64,000 nt of DNA from Podarcis melisellensis (Eukaryota), in NCBI GenBank assembly GCA_964234715.1, contig OZ174276.1; one strand, 5' to 3'. Within the stretch, counting starts at the first letter, position 1. Every line of letters begins with the position of its first letter. The position numbers were made by a program, and so were the translations under genes. This document shows, piece by piece, positions 52,076 to 64,000 of this stretch. The notes under the pieces were generated by a model, which saw only the letters and a program-made list of their open reading frames with translations, was not told the origin of the DNA and searched no databases.

Positions 52076-52573
52076 TATCAAAAGTATTCATCCATTCTGT
52101 CATGTCTCCTTTGGTCAAACTAGTCTACCCAGGCAGCTATGCAAATGTACTTTGTATAGGAATAATTGGTTAATAAAGAGCTAACTCAACTGCTTTCCTA
52201 CTAACCTGCTAACCTCTATCTGCATATTGATTAGACATTGTTAAGTGGAAAGTTTCAAAACAAATAATTTTGATTGGCTGTGCCCCAAGTAGGTCTGACA
52301 ACAATGAGTTGTCTGACTGACAGGGTGTTTGTTTACTAATTTTGAAAATGCTTATATCCTGATCTTCATTTCAAACTGCAATTCCAGAGCAGGTAACAAT
52401 TAAAAATAAAATTTGTATGCATAAGCAGCAGCAGCAGCAGAAAAAAGGCAGATAAGAGTGCAACCAAATAATAATACCAATTTGACATTAAACTCCAGTG
52501 AGAGCCTGGGCGAATACCAAGACTTTACCTGGAGCTGAAAGCTCACCAGCATCAGTGCTGTCATACACTAACA

Positions 52574-52721
52574 TGGCTCAGTGGGTAGAGCATGAGACTC
52601 AATCTCAGGGTTGTGGGTTTGAGCCCCACATTGACTTCCTGCATTGCAGTAGGTTGGACTAGATGACCCTCAAGGTCCCTTCAAGGTCCCTTCCAACTCT
52701 ACAGTTCTATGATTCTATGAT
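52574..52721 (+). mobile_element. tRNA-Lys(CTT)-derived SINE with CR1-type tail
   Basis: gctcagtgggtagagcatgagactc--aatctcagggttgtgggtttgagccccac closely follows tRNA-Lys-CTT; tail ttccaactctacagttctatgattctatgat. Confidence 0.92.
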
Positions 52722-54615
52722 CTTTGATCCAGCACATGTTCCTGAAAAACAAAGTCATGCTAGACAAATCTCAAAAGCTGTAGTGAATGGTGTGGTTATC
52801 TGACTTTCTAGCGGGTAAGTCACTGATGCTTACTGGGAGGGGTGAGGTGGTGGCAAGGTACAAACACACCAGCAGAGCCAATCCAGTGTTACTGCTGATA
52901 TGTTTGCACTGCACTGCTCTTCTCACTGCCTCCTGCTTTCCTTCCCAGTGAGCAGCAGCACTTGCCTCACTTGCCAGGAGTGCCTCCACCCCACCCACCC
53001 CACCCCACTGTATGCTACTGCTCAAACGGCGAAGGCATTCCAAAGCCTGGGCACCACCATGGAGAGTTAAGCTCCTGTTTCCTCAAAAGGTCAGTTTGCA
53101 CAGGTACCAGCTGTGCATGTGTGTTGCAACTCTACCATTTTTAGAATCTCAATCTGAAACTTCACATACTTTCCCCTAAATTATGGCACTCAACATCTTG
53201 CATTTGACCAACACCTGAGTGGAAAGCTTTTTCATGTTTCTATACTCCTGAATTTATGTTCTGTTGTTGTTGTTTTTTTATGAAAGAAATATCACTATTG
53301 GAGATGTGCTTCCTTGTTCTGCTTTTGATTATTTAAAACTTCTAAGACCAACAAAAAAATTCTCATTCTTGGAACTGTGCTACACCTGAGTTGTTTTTGG
53401 TAATACAGAAAGTGGTTTGAATGTTAGTTTGTAATACAAGGCACAACAGCTAAGGAAAGTGTTACAAATAAACCCATATCATATACTGTATATTCATATC
53501 TGTTGTAGGTAACTCAGTTCTCCCTGGCTTTAAATAGGATGGTGAGCACAGGTGTATGCATTTCATTAGGGTGCAAACCCAAGGGTTTCTTGCTTGCTTG
53601 CTTGTTTCAATGGAGAAGAAGGGTTGTGTGAAAAGACCAGCAACCTAGGACAGACAAGAGATAAAAAGGCAAAAAGCTAACAAAATAACTCCAAGAAGAG
53701 TGGTCGAGAATCCAAAACTGGAGATTTATCATACAGAAAAAAGACCAAACTGATCAGAGGAAAGGGCAGATCTTTTGCAACACTGGGGCACATCCCCTGC
53801 GCACACCTTTGATGGTGAGAGCTGCAATGAATTAGTTGCAACTGTGAAATCTGGTTACCATGCTTCTGTTTGTTAGTATGAAAAATTACCCCAAAGCACT
53901 TCTGTTAATAGTGTGTGTGGATCATAGGGAGAGCTAACAATGGTTTTATGGCACCTGAATTTTATAGCTATATTCTGCTGCTATTTCGTCTTGAAGCAGA
54001 TCCAATCCTTTGACTCTCCAACAGCCACCTACTGTCCACTTTAATTACTTCCCCTCGTTAATTACTATGTGTGGCATAGCTAAAAGGTCTCAATATTCTG
54101 CTCCTCTGTGTTTGTGCTGCATGCGTCAAATGGAATCTGGATCAGAATTGGTTTCCTGAGAATTTCACTTCTCACGTCCAAATTGAAGCACGCTTCTAGC
54201 TCTCCAACTGCTCAAAATGTGTATGTGCTGTTCAGCTCAGCACAGCTCATTCACTTCATTTGAACCACACCATTCCTTTCTGTATTCCATGAAACAAGTG
54301 GGAGACCCACAACAACATGATCGGTGAAATTAATTAATATATTTAGTGTAACACACAACCCCCACATTTATATAACTTCAGTTCCCTTGTCCCACATGAC
54401 ATTCCTTTTCCTCTCTGCATCTCCCATTTTACACCTCTCCTCTCTGCTCTATCAGTCCATCTACTATTTCTCTCAACAAAAAGAGGTGCCGGTACTGCAT
54501 GCTCTTGAGTATCCCCTGAAGAGAAGCACAGTCATAGGACTTTTCCTCCTTCACCCTGTTACATTCTTCCTCAGCTGGCCCAACTGACTTTCCTTCTCCT
54601 CCTCTCTGTGTTTTG

Positions 54616-55436
54616 CGTGGCAAGCTCCTGACCCCCCCCCACTTGGTTGAGTAAAGACACATGACTCAAATACTTAAGGTTAATGGGCTAAAAAAGGCCA
54701 CAACTTTATTGCTTACAGATGATGAGTGGTATTGGCTTAGGCATTGGATCTAACTGACTATATCTGACTCCAGCCTGTCTGCATGGAGTCCAGGAAGGGT
54801 TAACCACCAGTAGGGGGAGTCCTGCTGATGCACATCAACTAGGAGCTCCCCCGGGGGTCACCAATAGGGGTCGTGCCTTAGGCCCTAACCTCCCTAGGCT
54901 TCAGATAGGGCCACGCCCCCCGGAATCCTTTAATGGAATACCCTTCAATATGCATGGCAGGTGGTGGTGCTACCTCCCCTCTTATCCAGAAATATTCTAA
55001 TGCCTAACCGCCAAACCTTAAAAAGTTGTGACAATTTGCTATGAGGTTGGCAAAAACCAAGTGGCTGGTGCCAATTTGCCAAGTGGAAAAATTCCTACCA
55101 GGCCCCTCAACGGCGACCAACCGAAGTCCATAGCAAGGTCGTCATAGCTCTCTGACTGAAGAAGATGGCGCCTGAAGCAAGTCTCCTGTGAGCCTCAGCA
55201 GAGTGAGTAGGAGGTCAAAAGAGATGAAAACCTTAAAGGGCGGGAGGGTGGGAAAACTGGAGCAGATGGAAGCCGGAAAGAGAGAGATCTCCTGGCTGTG
55301 TCCTGCCTTTATCGGGCAGGCCACACCCCCAGACCAACCAGATTGGTCCGCCTGGCCAGTGAGAATCTGGCCGGGAATCTCCCAGTTGCGCAGGGCTGGC
55401 ACTCGTGGAGGGGTCGTGAGAGCCCACAACACCACG
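54616..55436 (-). mobile_element. Solo LTR, about 820 bp, related to 48505-49335
   Basis: Shared blocks ggccacaactttatt, gcttaggcattgg and tgcctaaccgccaa..cctta.aaagttgtga...aaaaaccaagtggc; minus-strand AATAAA at 54705-54710; exact termini uncertain. Confidence 0.72.
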
Positions 55437-57318
55437 TCCTCCTTAAGGTGGAAGTGGCCTTGTCCTCCAACCTACCTCACACAACTGCAAACCTTTCTCT
55501 TCCACCTTATTTGTGCTTGCAGGTGCTGGAAGCATAGCCACGGTATGTGTGGGGGTTGAACAATGGCATGGTAACTGGGTGACCGACTTCATGTTATGTA
55601 ATGTGCTGGGGCTATGTGCTTGCATGCCTTAATGGTACCATGTGCTGTTGTCCCCTTGAGGTTCAAGGGATGGAATGGCCAAGAAGGGAATGGGGAAATG
55701 GAAAGGGGAAAGTTGTGGGACAAGTGCCTGATCTTTTCTGATGGTTCCATGGTGTTCCCAGAAGTCTTAAATCTGTATCAAATTTTGGCTGGCCACGAGG
55801 TATAGGGGGTGAAATATGCCAAGGGAGAAGGCAGCATTGAGGCATTTAAGGCAAGAGGTTAGGAGAAAAAGTGGCAGCAGCAGGCAAACAAAAGGTGGAA
55901 CCAAACAAACAGCTCTCAAGGTCTCCAGTAGGAAGATCCAATGCCTTTCAGGGATGAGGCCAAGGACAAATATTCTGTTTGCCTAATGAATAGTCCGACC
56001 AAGCCTGAAATTACGCGAAGGAAAATAAATATATGGATAACTCAAGTGCAGTATTTGGCTGTGTTTGCCCAGGACCCAAATTCCTTTTGGTACAGAGTAG
56101 ATCCAGGCCTGTCTAATCCAACAAATATAATAAGCATGACATCAACACAGCTATACAGTGTTCCCAGTGCCCTTAATAAGCTTTCACTGCTTGTACATGT
56201 GAAGTGGTTCCTTTTATTGAATTAATAACATCAATTAGGCCATGCATATTAGCATACCACGATGCCTCATGGGTGAAAGACAACAAATGCAACAGTGATT
56301 TTTAAGTTAGCGTTATTATGTTTAACTAGATAGCTGCGTTTACAAGCTCAGCACATTTAAAACAGATTAAGATAAAGTCTGGCATGTTTTCTTCTTCTCC
56401 TCCAAGTGTAGATATTGTTAGAGGTGAGTCATCTTTGCTATGGACAAATGATCTGTAGGCATTACAGAGCTGAGAGGAAATGGCCCACCCAATTTGCAGA
56501 TAGCAAAAATGGGGGTACTATTTCACCAAATATGCTTGGGAGGGGGAATGCGTTTTTTAATTTTTAATTTTAATTTTCCTATACTATGGTTTCTGTTTGC
56601 TTGTTTGCCAACATATGCATTCACCACAATGTCCCAGACCTAGGATCACTGTGGGATATTAAAGCGGGTGCATCCTCCACAATAATCATAATTTAAAAAT
56701 GGCAGAGAATATTCTGAAAACATTTAGTAAAATGACTTTTGGGGTGGGCGAGGAGAAAATGTTCAGAAATGTTATCAATAAAATCTATTCTGCGAAATTT
56801 CAGCTCGGCGCTAATAACTTTGTAACAGTACTATCATATGACAGCCAAGGGGGTGGGGAACACCTGCAGAGTAGCTATAAGCTCCTTATGACAACACTAG
56901 AAGTAAACAAAAGATGGCAGCTGCTATCACTGAAATATTGTGGCACCTCTGAGAATCTTTGTAAGCTGGTTCAGGGGTGGCTCATGTGGCACCCACATGT
57001 GACAGTGTGCCCACCAGTCCCTTCTACTGCATTGCATTGCAAAGTTTGGAGAAATGCAAATATCAAAAGGATAATTGGTTAATACACCGGTTTGAAAAGT
57101 GCAAAGGAAGTAGGTTCACATTAGAAGGTTAACTGAATGAATCTCCGCCCCCACCCCGTTCCCTACTCGCACCTCAGTAACAGGACATACCAGCCCTTTC
57201 TGTATGTTTGAATGGTTTTTCATGGATGGAGGGCTTAGCGCTACAAAAATGTAAGCAACCTGATAGGCCAGTTATGACATTACAAGAGGGAAGGAGAACA
57301 TAGGTTTTACTTTATATA

Positions 57319-57477
57319 CAGGGACCTGAGGTACCACTTTAGCTAATGGGGCCTCCTGCTGCCGCCACGCTGCCACGCAATTTCTTCTCTCATCCTGAAG
57401 CAAAGATCTTAACCCGAGGTACTATTTCTGGGTTAGCGGAGTCTGTAACCTGAAGCGTCTGTACTACACTACCACTG
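57319..57477. mobile_element. Internally deleted Tigger/pogo-like MITE
   Basis: TA-CAG...taccactg-TA; interior ccactttagctaatggggcctcc...ctgggttagcggagtctgtaacctgaag matches the 27628 and 62421 copies. Confidence 0.88.
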
Positions 57478-59321
57478 TACTTTGCAAACAGCTTTCTCTT
57501 CTCTACCTAATTTATACACAGAAGGGCAAGCACCTGCAAGTGCCTAACCTGGGAGGACACGCGATATAGAGCAAGCACTTTACTGGTGAAGTTCCTCCCT
57601 CTGGGTCACGTTCTCCTCTGAGTAAGCTTACCCAGTCCCAATAGCACACTGCCCAGGAACCACTGCAGGGACTGCTGTTATTTTCTTCCCCTTAACATGG
57701 TTACTAAGAGACAATGCGGGTCTGAAAGCTGGAACCATTTTGCTCTGGGAAAATTATGTATGACACTTTACATACGGATTAGATAATTAATGTATGCCCT
57801 GATTTCCTTCACCGTAACATAAAAAGGGTTAGATAACGGCACTATAATTCCAGATAATTAAAGAGCGATCGACTTAGAGTAGCTTCTACTGCTCGGGAAG
57901 TGTGTCCCGCTGTCATTAACACCACCAAAGCCCTCTCTATTCTTCACACCTCATTGCAAGCTGCACTCTCGGTGGCTGGCTCCCCAGAGATGGGAGCGAT
58001 ACAGAGCTCAGTCTGACTAAAACAGATGCTGTTTCCTGCCACACACTCTGGTGTCGTTTGGACCAATTTGTAGCATATTTGGGCCACATGGAAGGATCAT
58101 TATGGATTTGCATCCATCTGTCCCTTGTAAACTACCTGATGCCTAGTTCAGTCACCCACAAACTCTGTGGAGGTTGCCGTTAGGCTCTGTGGGGAGCTGT
58201 GGTTAAGAGCTGGAGGCTTAAAGCTGCCTAAGAACCACCTCTGAAATGCTGCTTTTCATCGTAGAGGCAATCAGAGCTGGCCAGTTAAATGCTTACTATG
58301 TGTTCTCAGAGGTTTTGTGTGTTCCTTGGGAGGTTCCTGCATTATGCTTACCTAAAAAGTTCCCCATAGCAGATATTGTAAAACCACAGCACAGAATAAG
58401 CACTACAGGGCATGCAAATGAGGTAGGAGGGGGAAGCAAGCCTGGAGGAGAAAGGGGGCTCTTGCTCTTGTGTGTACATGTAGGTACACACACCATTCAC
58501 TCTTGTACACTCTGGATACACATGCATCACCTCTCATATATGTTCATGCCCACCAATGATAGGTGAAGAGTGCCATCCCTTCTCCCAAACCTCATAGCCA
58601 TGCGCCTTCTTTATTTTTAAGTTTTCTTAATTTGGCCCAAGGTTTCCACACTGAAGTAAACTTTTCTTTTGCCTTTGCAGCATGTCTGGCTGCTATTCAA
58701 CCATGCTGGCATCTTTTGGTATGTTTGCATCCTTTAATATCCTGTTCACATTTATTATTTAGTTTTGAAATAGCCTTCGTGCTTTTACTAAATGTACCGT
58801 CTTTTTGTGTGGTTTGTACTGGCCCACACAGGTCCCTGCTAGCTGATAAGTGTGGCTGGCTACTCACTTTGGTCCCTGGGAATGCTTTGTTGGAAGGACA
58901 GAAGAAGCTGCTTACTGGCCACATACAGGGTTGATCCAAGACATTTTGGTGCCTGAGGTGAAACTCCCCCTGCTACCACCACGATGGGGGGCCCATGAGG
59001 CTCAGCAAGGAGAATCGCTTTATGAAACTCCCTTTCCGCCCAGCAACAAAGCTGGGTGGAAGAATGCTCCCCCTCTTGCTGACTTGGTGGAGATGCTACC
59101 TCTTCCATTACTGCTGCCTAAGGCAGCTGCCTCACCCTGTGTCATGGGTGGGCTAGCTCTGACCACCTAGCTTAGTCTTCTTGGGGGGCAGCTAATCTTC
59201 CTGCAGGCCGACCCACCCGTAGTGGCACTTGTGTGGATTGTGTACCATGGGTCACTTGCACATAGACATAGCCATTATTAAATGTAAACTCCCCCCCCCC
59301 TCACTTCACTGTCAATTCATA

Positions 59322-59536
59322 GACCACACCCACACCATACAATTAAACCACTCATCTCACTTTAACAGTCCCGGCTCCTACCCACAAAGAACCCTGTAAA
59401 GTACTGTTGTTTGTTAGGGGGTTTGACTTCATAGAGCTAGAATCCCCAGCACCTTTAAACAAGCTGCAGTTCCCAGGGCTCTCCATGACCATTAGCATGC
59501 TACAATAGTTCTTAAGTGCATGATGTGGATGTGACC
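59322..59536. mobile_element. Degraded fold-back MITE-like repeat
   Basis: gaccacacccacaccatac ... gcatgatgtggatgtgacc imperfect inverted ends. Confidence 0.5.
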
Positions 59537-61208
59537 AATGCAATTAGATATGTGAAACAAACACCAGATTCTTCCTCCCCTGGAAGGTTCGTTCTCCAGG
59601 AGCAGCAGAAAGGAGAATGGCAACCAAGGGCCAAACACGCAGAGACTGGCACCCCGAAACCTTTCCTTCCTTTTCAGCTGTGCGACTCTGAAAAACACCC
59701 AGCCTCCTTTTCTCCCCCCCCCCTGCACTGCTCAATTTCGAACCAGAGCCAAACAAAGCCCTTAGGATGCTGCACTCATCCTATTCATTCCAGCTTGTTG
59801 CAAATTCTCAAAGGAAAAGGTGGGCAGAGGGGAAGGATTCCAATTTCAGCTTCTCTCTCCCCCCACACCCCTGTATTCCTTCACAGCACACCAGTGCTTT
59901 GTGTAGGAAACAAATGTGCATTGTTTTCCCCTGATTTATTTATTTTTTAATCCTTTGCCTGCCCATCTGGCAATCTTCCCCATCTCCAAAGTGTTGTTTA
60001 ATATTCTGATATTTAATGCTCTCGAATAATATATATATATATATTAAAAAATGTAAGATATTCTGTGCATCGCTCACTAATGCTTTAAAGGTCTCAGTCA
60101 TTTGATTTGACCATGATTCTCTCTCCCTCTCCTTCTCCTTCCCTCCCCCACCCTCCAACTCCATTTCAAGGAGAAAAATCTTTCCCAGGGCTAAACCCTG
60201 ACAAATGCCTGCCTTCAACCACCCGCTTCCTCTCTCTCACACACACCCCACTTTGAAATATGTATGCGCATGTTATGCAGTGTGGATGCATATCAATGCC
60301 AAGCTATCTACCTTTGCATATTAAATCATTACCACATCTTTGCTGGCAGTAAAATATGCAGAGCGTATGCTAAAGAAAGCCTCTCCCCTGCCTAGCCGGA
60401 GCAACATAACATCCTCCCCGCCTCTCGCCTTCCCTCTCCCTCCACCCTACCAGCCTCAGCTGAGAAGCCCAGGTATCTCTTGTGCCACCCGTCCTTTGTT
60501 CTCCTGCCGGCAAAAAGCATTTTTCTTTCACTTTGCCATTGTCATTGAAGGACTTGCTTTCACAACTCGCCTTTAAAAAATAAAATAAAGCCCAGCCCAG
60601 GAAAGCCTTCTGGGACCTTCACCCCTTTCTCCAATGCAGCCTGCACAGGACTTTCATATGGGGGTTCGTCTTTAATTATGCCACAGTATGAGGCTCTCCT
60701 GCTGCATGTAGGCTATGTCCACCTGCATCCCTGCATCTAATGATCCAACATCCAGAGACCCAGCTTGTCTGCCCACTATCCCATCATCCCACACTCTTTG
60801 CATCATATACACCCTCATGTTGGGCTGCCTGGAGAATCAGACACCTTATTTCAAGGTCAAACTCTGACTTTCAAGTCCAGTGTAGATGAGGTGGCTAACC
60901 TTTTTTTAGCCTGAGTATACTGCATTCACCCTTGGCCAACCTTCCAGGGCACTGTGCCAAAAGTGGCTGTGGCCAAAAGTGGGTGGACCACCCCAACCTC
61001 TTGCACAAATACTCTCTCACACAGGAGACAACCTCCCTTCCTAATTCAGATCAGCTAAGAGGAGTGGGATCATTGCCTTTTCTCTACTTGTCAAATGATT
61101 GACCTGATGGAGAAGGATTTGTTCTGTGCACCTCCCTTTCCTTTCCCTTTTCTTTAAATTCCATTTTTCTTATTTGAGTTGTCCTCTGGTAGTCCAAACC
61201 TGCTTGCT

Positions 61209-61617
61209 TTACACTTTCTTCCTACTTGGATCAAACTTTTCAGAATTAGGAGTTTCTCTATCCATGCTTGTCAGCATCACCTCTCTTTTTTTGTTTACTT
61301 CACTCTTTTCCTGTTTGCCCACCTCTGCACCCACCACTCCTCCTCCAGAAGCGGAAGAGGAAAGAGGGTAGAATGGTAAACAGCAGGAATTAGACTTGGG
61401 GGATGGGCCAAGCAGACTCTTAGGGCAAAAGCCCGCCTTGCTGCCATTGGACACCTCAGGTCCTATGTCACAGCAGCCTAATGCAGTGTCAGGAGTACCT
61501 CCTGTCCCTGAAGAATCGCTTCCCATCGGGGAGCTGCTTCCAGACAGATCAGACAGCGAGCTGTTCTTGTTCTGGTCCAGCGATAATGGTCCTCCTCTAT
61601 CAAGGATGTGGAGACAA
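61209..61617 (-). CDS. Possible terminal coding exon (Ser/Gly-rich with charged C-terminus), gene unrecognised
   Basis: Acceptor-like tgtttatgtcaccacAG, then a 135-aa open frame CLHILDRGGPLSLDQNKNSSLSDLSGSSSPMGSDSSGTGG...SEKFDPSRKKV*. No domain recognised and the length is attainable by chance. Confidence 0.2.
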
Positions 61618-62420
61618 CTGTGGTGACATAAACAGACTCAGCAAACAAAGCCCACTTGAAGGAGTGCCCACTTGCTTGCACAATCCTGTGGCTTAGGATA
61701 CCAACCACACAAATGACTGTGCCCATGTGCTTTGCAATCTGAATTGTGTACCAAAGCAACCTGTGCATTAAACCCTTTGACAAAAACCTTAGGCCAGGTT
61801 GACAAAAACAAAGCGAAAGCGAAAACCACGACAGGGCTCCGGCACCTTAGATAATTGTGCAGAAGTAGTTTCGGCAGTCATAGCTTGTCATATCAGTTAC
61901 ACCTGCTGAACTGCCCCCCCTTTTCCCAACATAACTATTGAAAGTGCAGGAGCTCTGTCCCCTTGTGCACCAGGCCATCTTAGCGGGAAGGTGGCTTTGA
62001 TGGCAGGGTTTGGAATCTGGAGTAACGTGCCAAATTCCATATTGAAATACGATGCCATATTCATGTTTGAAATGTGAGGCAAGATGTTTCTAGGACCCCG
62101 AGGAGGTAAACATCACTTATGGGGTGGGGGTGGGATGAGATTTAGAGCAGAGGACACCCTTCCTCCACTGCCTTTTCTCCACGCTAAATTCCCCCCTCCT
62201 ATAATATCCCTTCATTCAAAACATGTGCGCTCACACATAAACACTCGTGCATGTATAATGTAGAGTGGAGGAGTAGACAACCATGGGACTGGGGGCCACA
62301 ACTCTGGCGCCCGCCACTATCCTCAATCTATACCCCTCCCTTGCCCTGCTTCTCACCCCAAGCATCATTGAACTCTGATCATAACTCTTGCATTCCTGGA
62401 TGCATATATACACACATATA

Positions 62421-62662
62421 CACTGGTACCTCGAGTTACATATGCTTCAGGTTACATACACTTCAGGTTACAGACTCCGCTAACCCAGAAATAGTGTTTC
62501 AGGTTAAGAACTTTGCTTCAGGATAAGAACAGAAATCTTGCTCCGGCGGCGTGGCAGCAGCGGGAGGCCCCATTAGCTAAAGTGGTGCTTCAGGTTAAGA
62601 ACAGTTTCAGGTTAAGAACGGACCTCCGGAACGAATTAAGTACTTAACCCGAGTTACCACGG
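62421..62662. mobile_element. Tigger/pogo-like MITE, uninterrupted copy
   Basis: TA-CACTGGTACCTCGAGTTA ... TAACCCGAGTTACCACGG-TA; repeated ttcaggtta motifs. Confidence 0.92.
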
Positions 62663-64000
62663 TATAGTGAGAATGTGTGTGTGTGCAGAACCTAGCCTCA
62701 TTGTACAAAGGTAAAATTTACATCCATTGCTCTGCCCACTTTTGCCTCTGGCCTGTCCCCATCCACCAGTGGCTTGTGTTCCTCAGAAGGTTGCCCAGAA
62801 TGGAATGTGGCCCTTGGGTATACCTCCAGCCTGCTGTAAGATTTATGGGAGCAGGTTATCCTTGCTGCTTGGTCCTTGCACAGAATTCCCCTGATGTTTC
62901 TGGCATTAACCCCCACTGTAGATGGGGGGCGGCATTTGTCTGGCCCAGCAGACTGTGAGGAAAAGTGAGTGTTGTTTTAAGCTGCCCAGCTAACTACCAC
63001 TTAGCTTTAGAGGCTTCCACATCTCCTCAGGATTTTTCTGACTGTAGTTATCTGCCTCCCTCTCCCTCTCCTTTTTTCTGCCCTTCTTCCTGGCAACCCT
63101 CTCTCACTTGCCTAATTTTGTAGAAGCAGGCAGGAAAAACCCGAGAGAAGCTGTCAGTATCCAGGAGAACGCAAACAGAACAAAAGAGCTGGTAGAAGCC
63201 CTTTTGCGTCTCCACTGGTTGTCAAAAGCAGCGAGATTAGCAAGGAGTGTTTCCCCTCCCAGCTCCCAGGTGGCTATTTTCTTCTGCTGCCCATTGATCC
63301 GTTCACCTTTTGCCACTCTCGAGTGAAACCCCTGGGTGCTCTGCTGTGCAGCGTCCGTGGCAATGCAGGGAAGCTGCTCTTTCACTCACAGCAATTAAAG
63401 TGTCTAAGAGCTACATAGGATGTCGGCGCTGCTCGTTTGATCACATCCCTCACCTTTTACCCAGAAAGTCATCAGTTCAATTCTTAGCCAACTCTTTGGG
63501 CCCTCCCCCCCTTCCGTGTAAGCGCTGAGAAACTGTCATGGAGAGCAAAGGGCTGCGGAACAAGGAATGTAGATGTTGGAATAAAAATATGGATTCACAT
63601 GGGTTCCCTCACCACAAAAAAATATCTGTTTTAGCACTACTGGAATCACTCCTTTAACATGAGCTTCCATGCAATTTTTTCTGTCATAAAATTGTGGAAT
63701 AATGCGGAAACGGGGGGGGGGAGGGGCAGACTACACATAAATGCAACTGTGGAATTGCCACAAACTGGAAACAGACTGATCTATGCATTCCCAACTGAGA
63801 ATAATCAACTCCTTCCTCTTCAGGATTTCCAAATGCGTGTTGTGTATTCAGGTAGTATTTATTATTATTAATTACTAATACTACTTCAACTAGTTAAATT
63901 GCTTACCTGCATTTCACCAGGCAGGGATAAAATAATATAAACTTAAAACCAGTTAAAACCATTTACAGTCAGAAGAACCAGGTGGGTTCGAAGTGTAAGA

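Noticed and set aside
52574-52640. tRNA-Lys gene
   Set aside because: Anticodon loop has a deletion, the acceptor stem is broken, and it runs into a CR1 tail, so it is a SINE head (likewise 21077)
49336-54615. Possible provirus interior between the two LTRs
   Set aside because: No PBS or PPT at the expected junctions, no gag/pol-like ORF, the LTRs differ in U3, and the interval holds ordinary host DNA and other repeats
1-64000. Naming the host gene
   Set aside because: No peptide or exon here is one I recognise, so any gene symbol would be a guess

Overview
Vertebrate nuclear DNA, almost certainly squamate reptile and probably a lacertid lizard. This is inferred from the repeat complement: CR1 and L2 LINE relics, tRNA-Lys/CR1-tail SINEs, Tc2-like, Tigger-like and hAT MITEs, and solo LTR-like elements. 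The window is essentially non-coding and looks like a very long intron or gene desert, with TE-free, TAAT-rich blocks that resemble conserved non-coding elements. I cannot identify a complete protein-coding gene and no prokaryote-type system is present; nearly all ORF-track entries are chance or repeat-derived. Most notable: (1) a textbook 39-nt in-frame micro-exon candidate on + at 31766-31804; (2) two AG|GTAAG recursive-splice-site candidates on the same strand; (3) four Tc2-like MITEs that share termini but have unrelated interiors (two palindrome-rich), each with its own variant of the repeated terminal motif; (4) a clean MITE-in-MITE nested insertion; (5) two related solo LTRs. Family names are from motif recognition, not database searches, and boundaries of old repeats are approximate.
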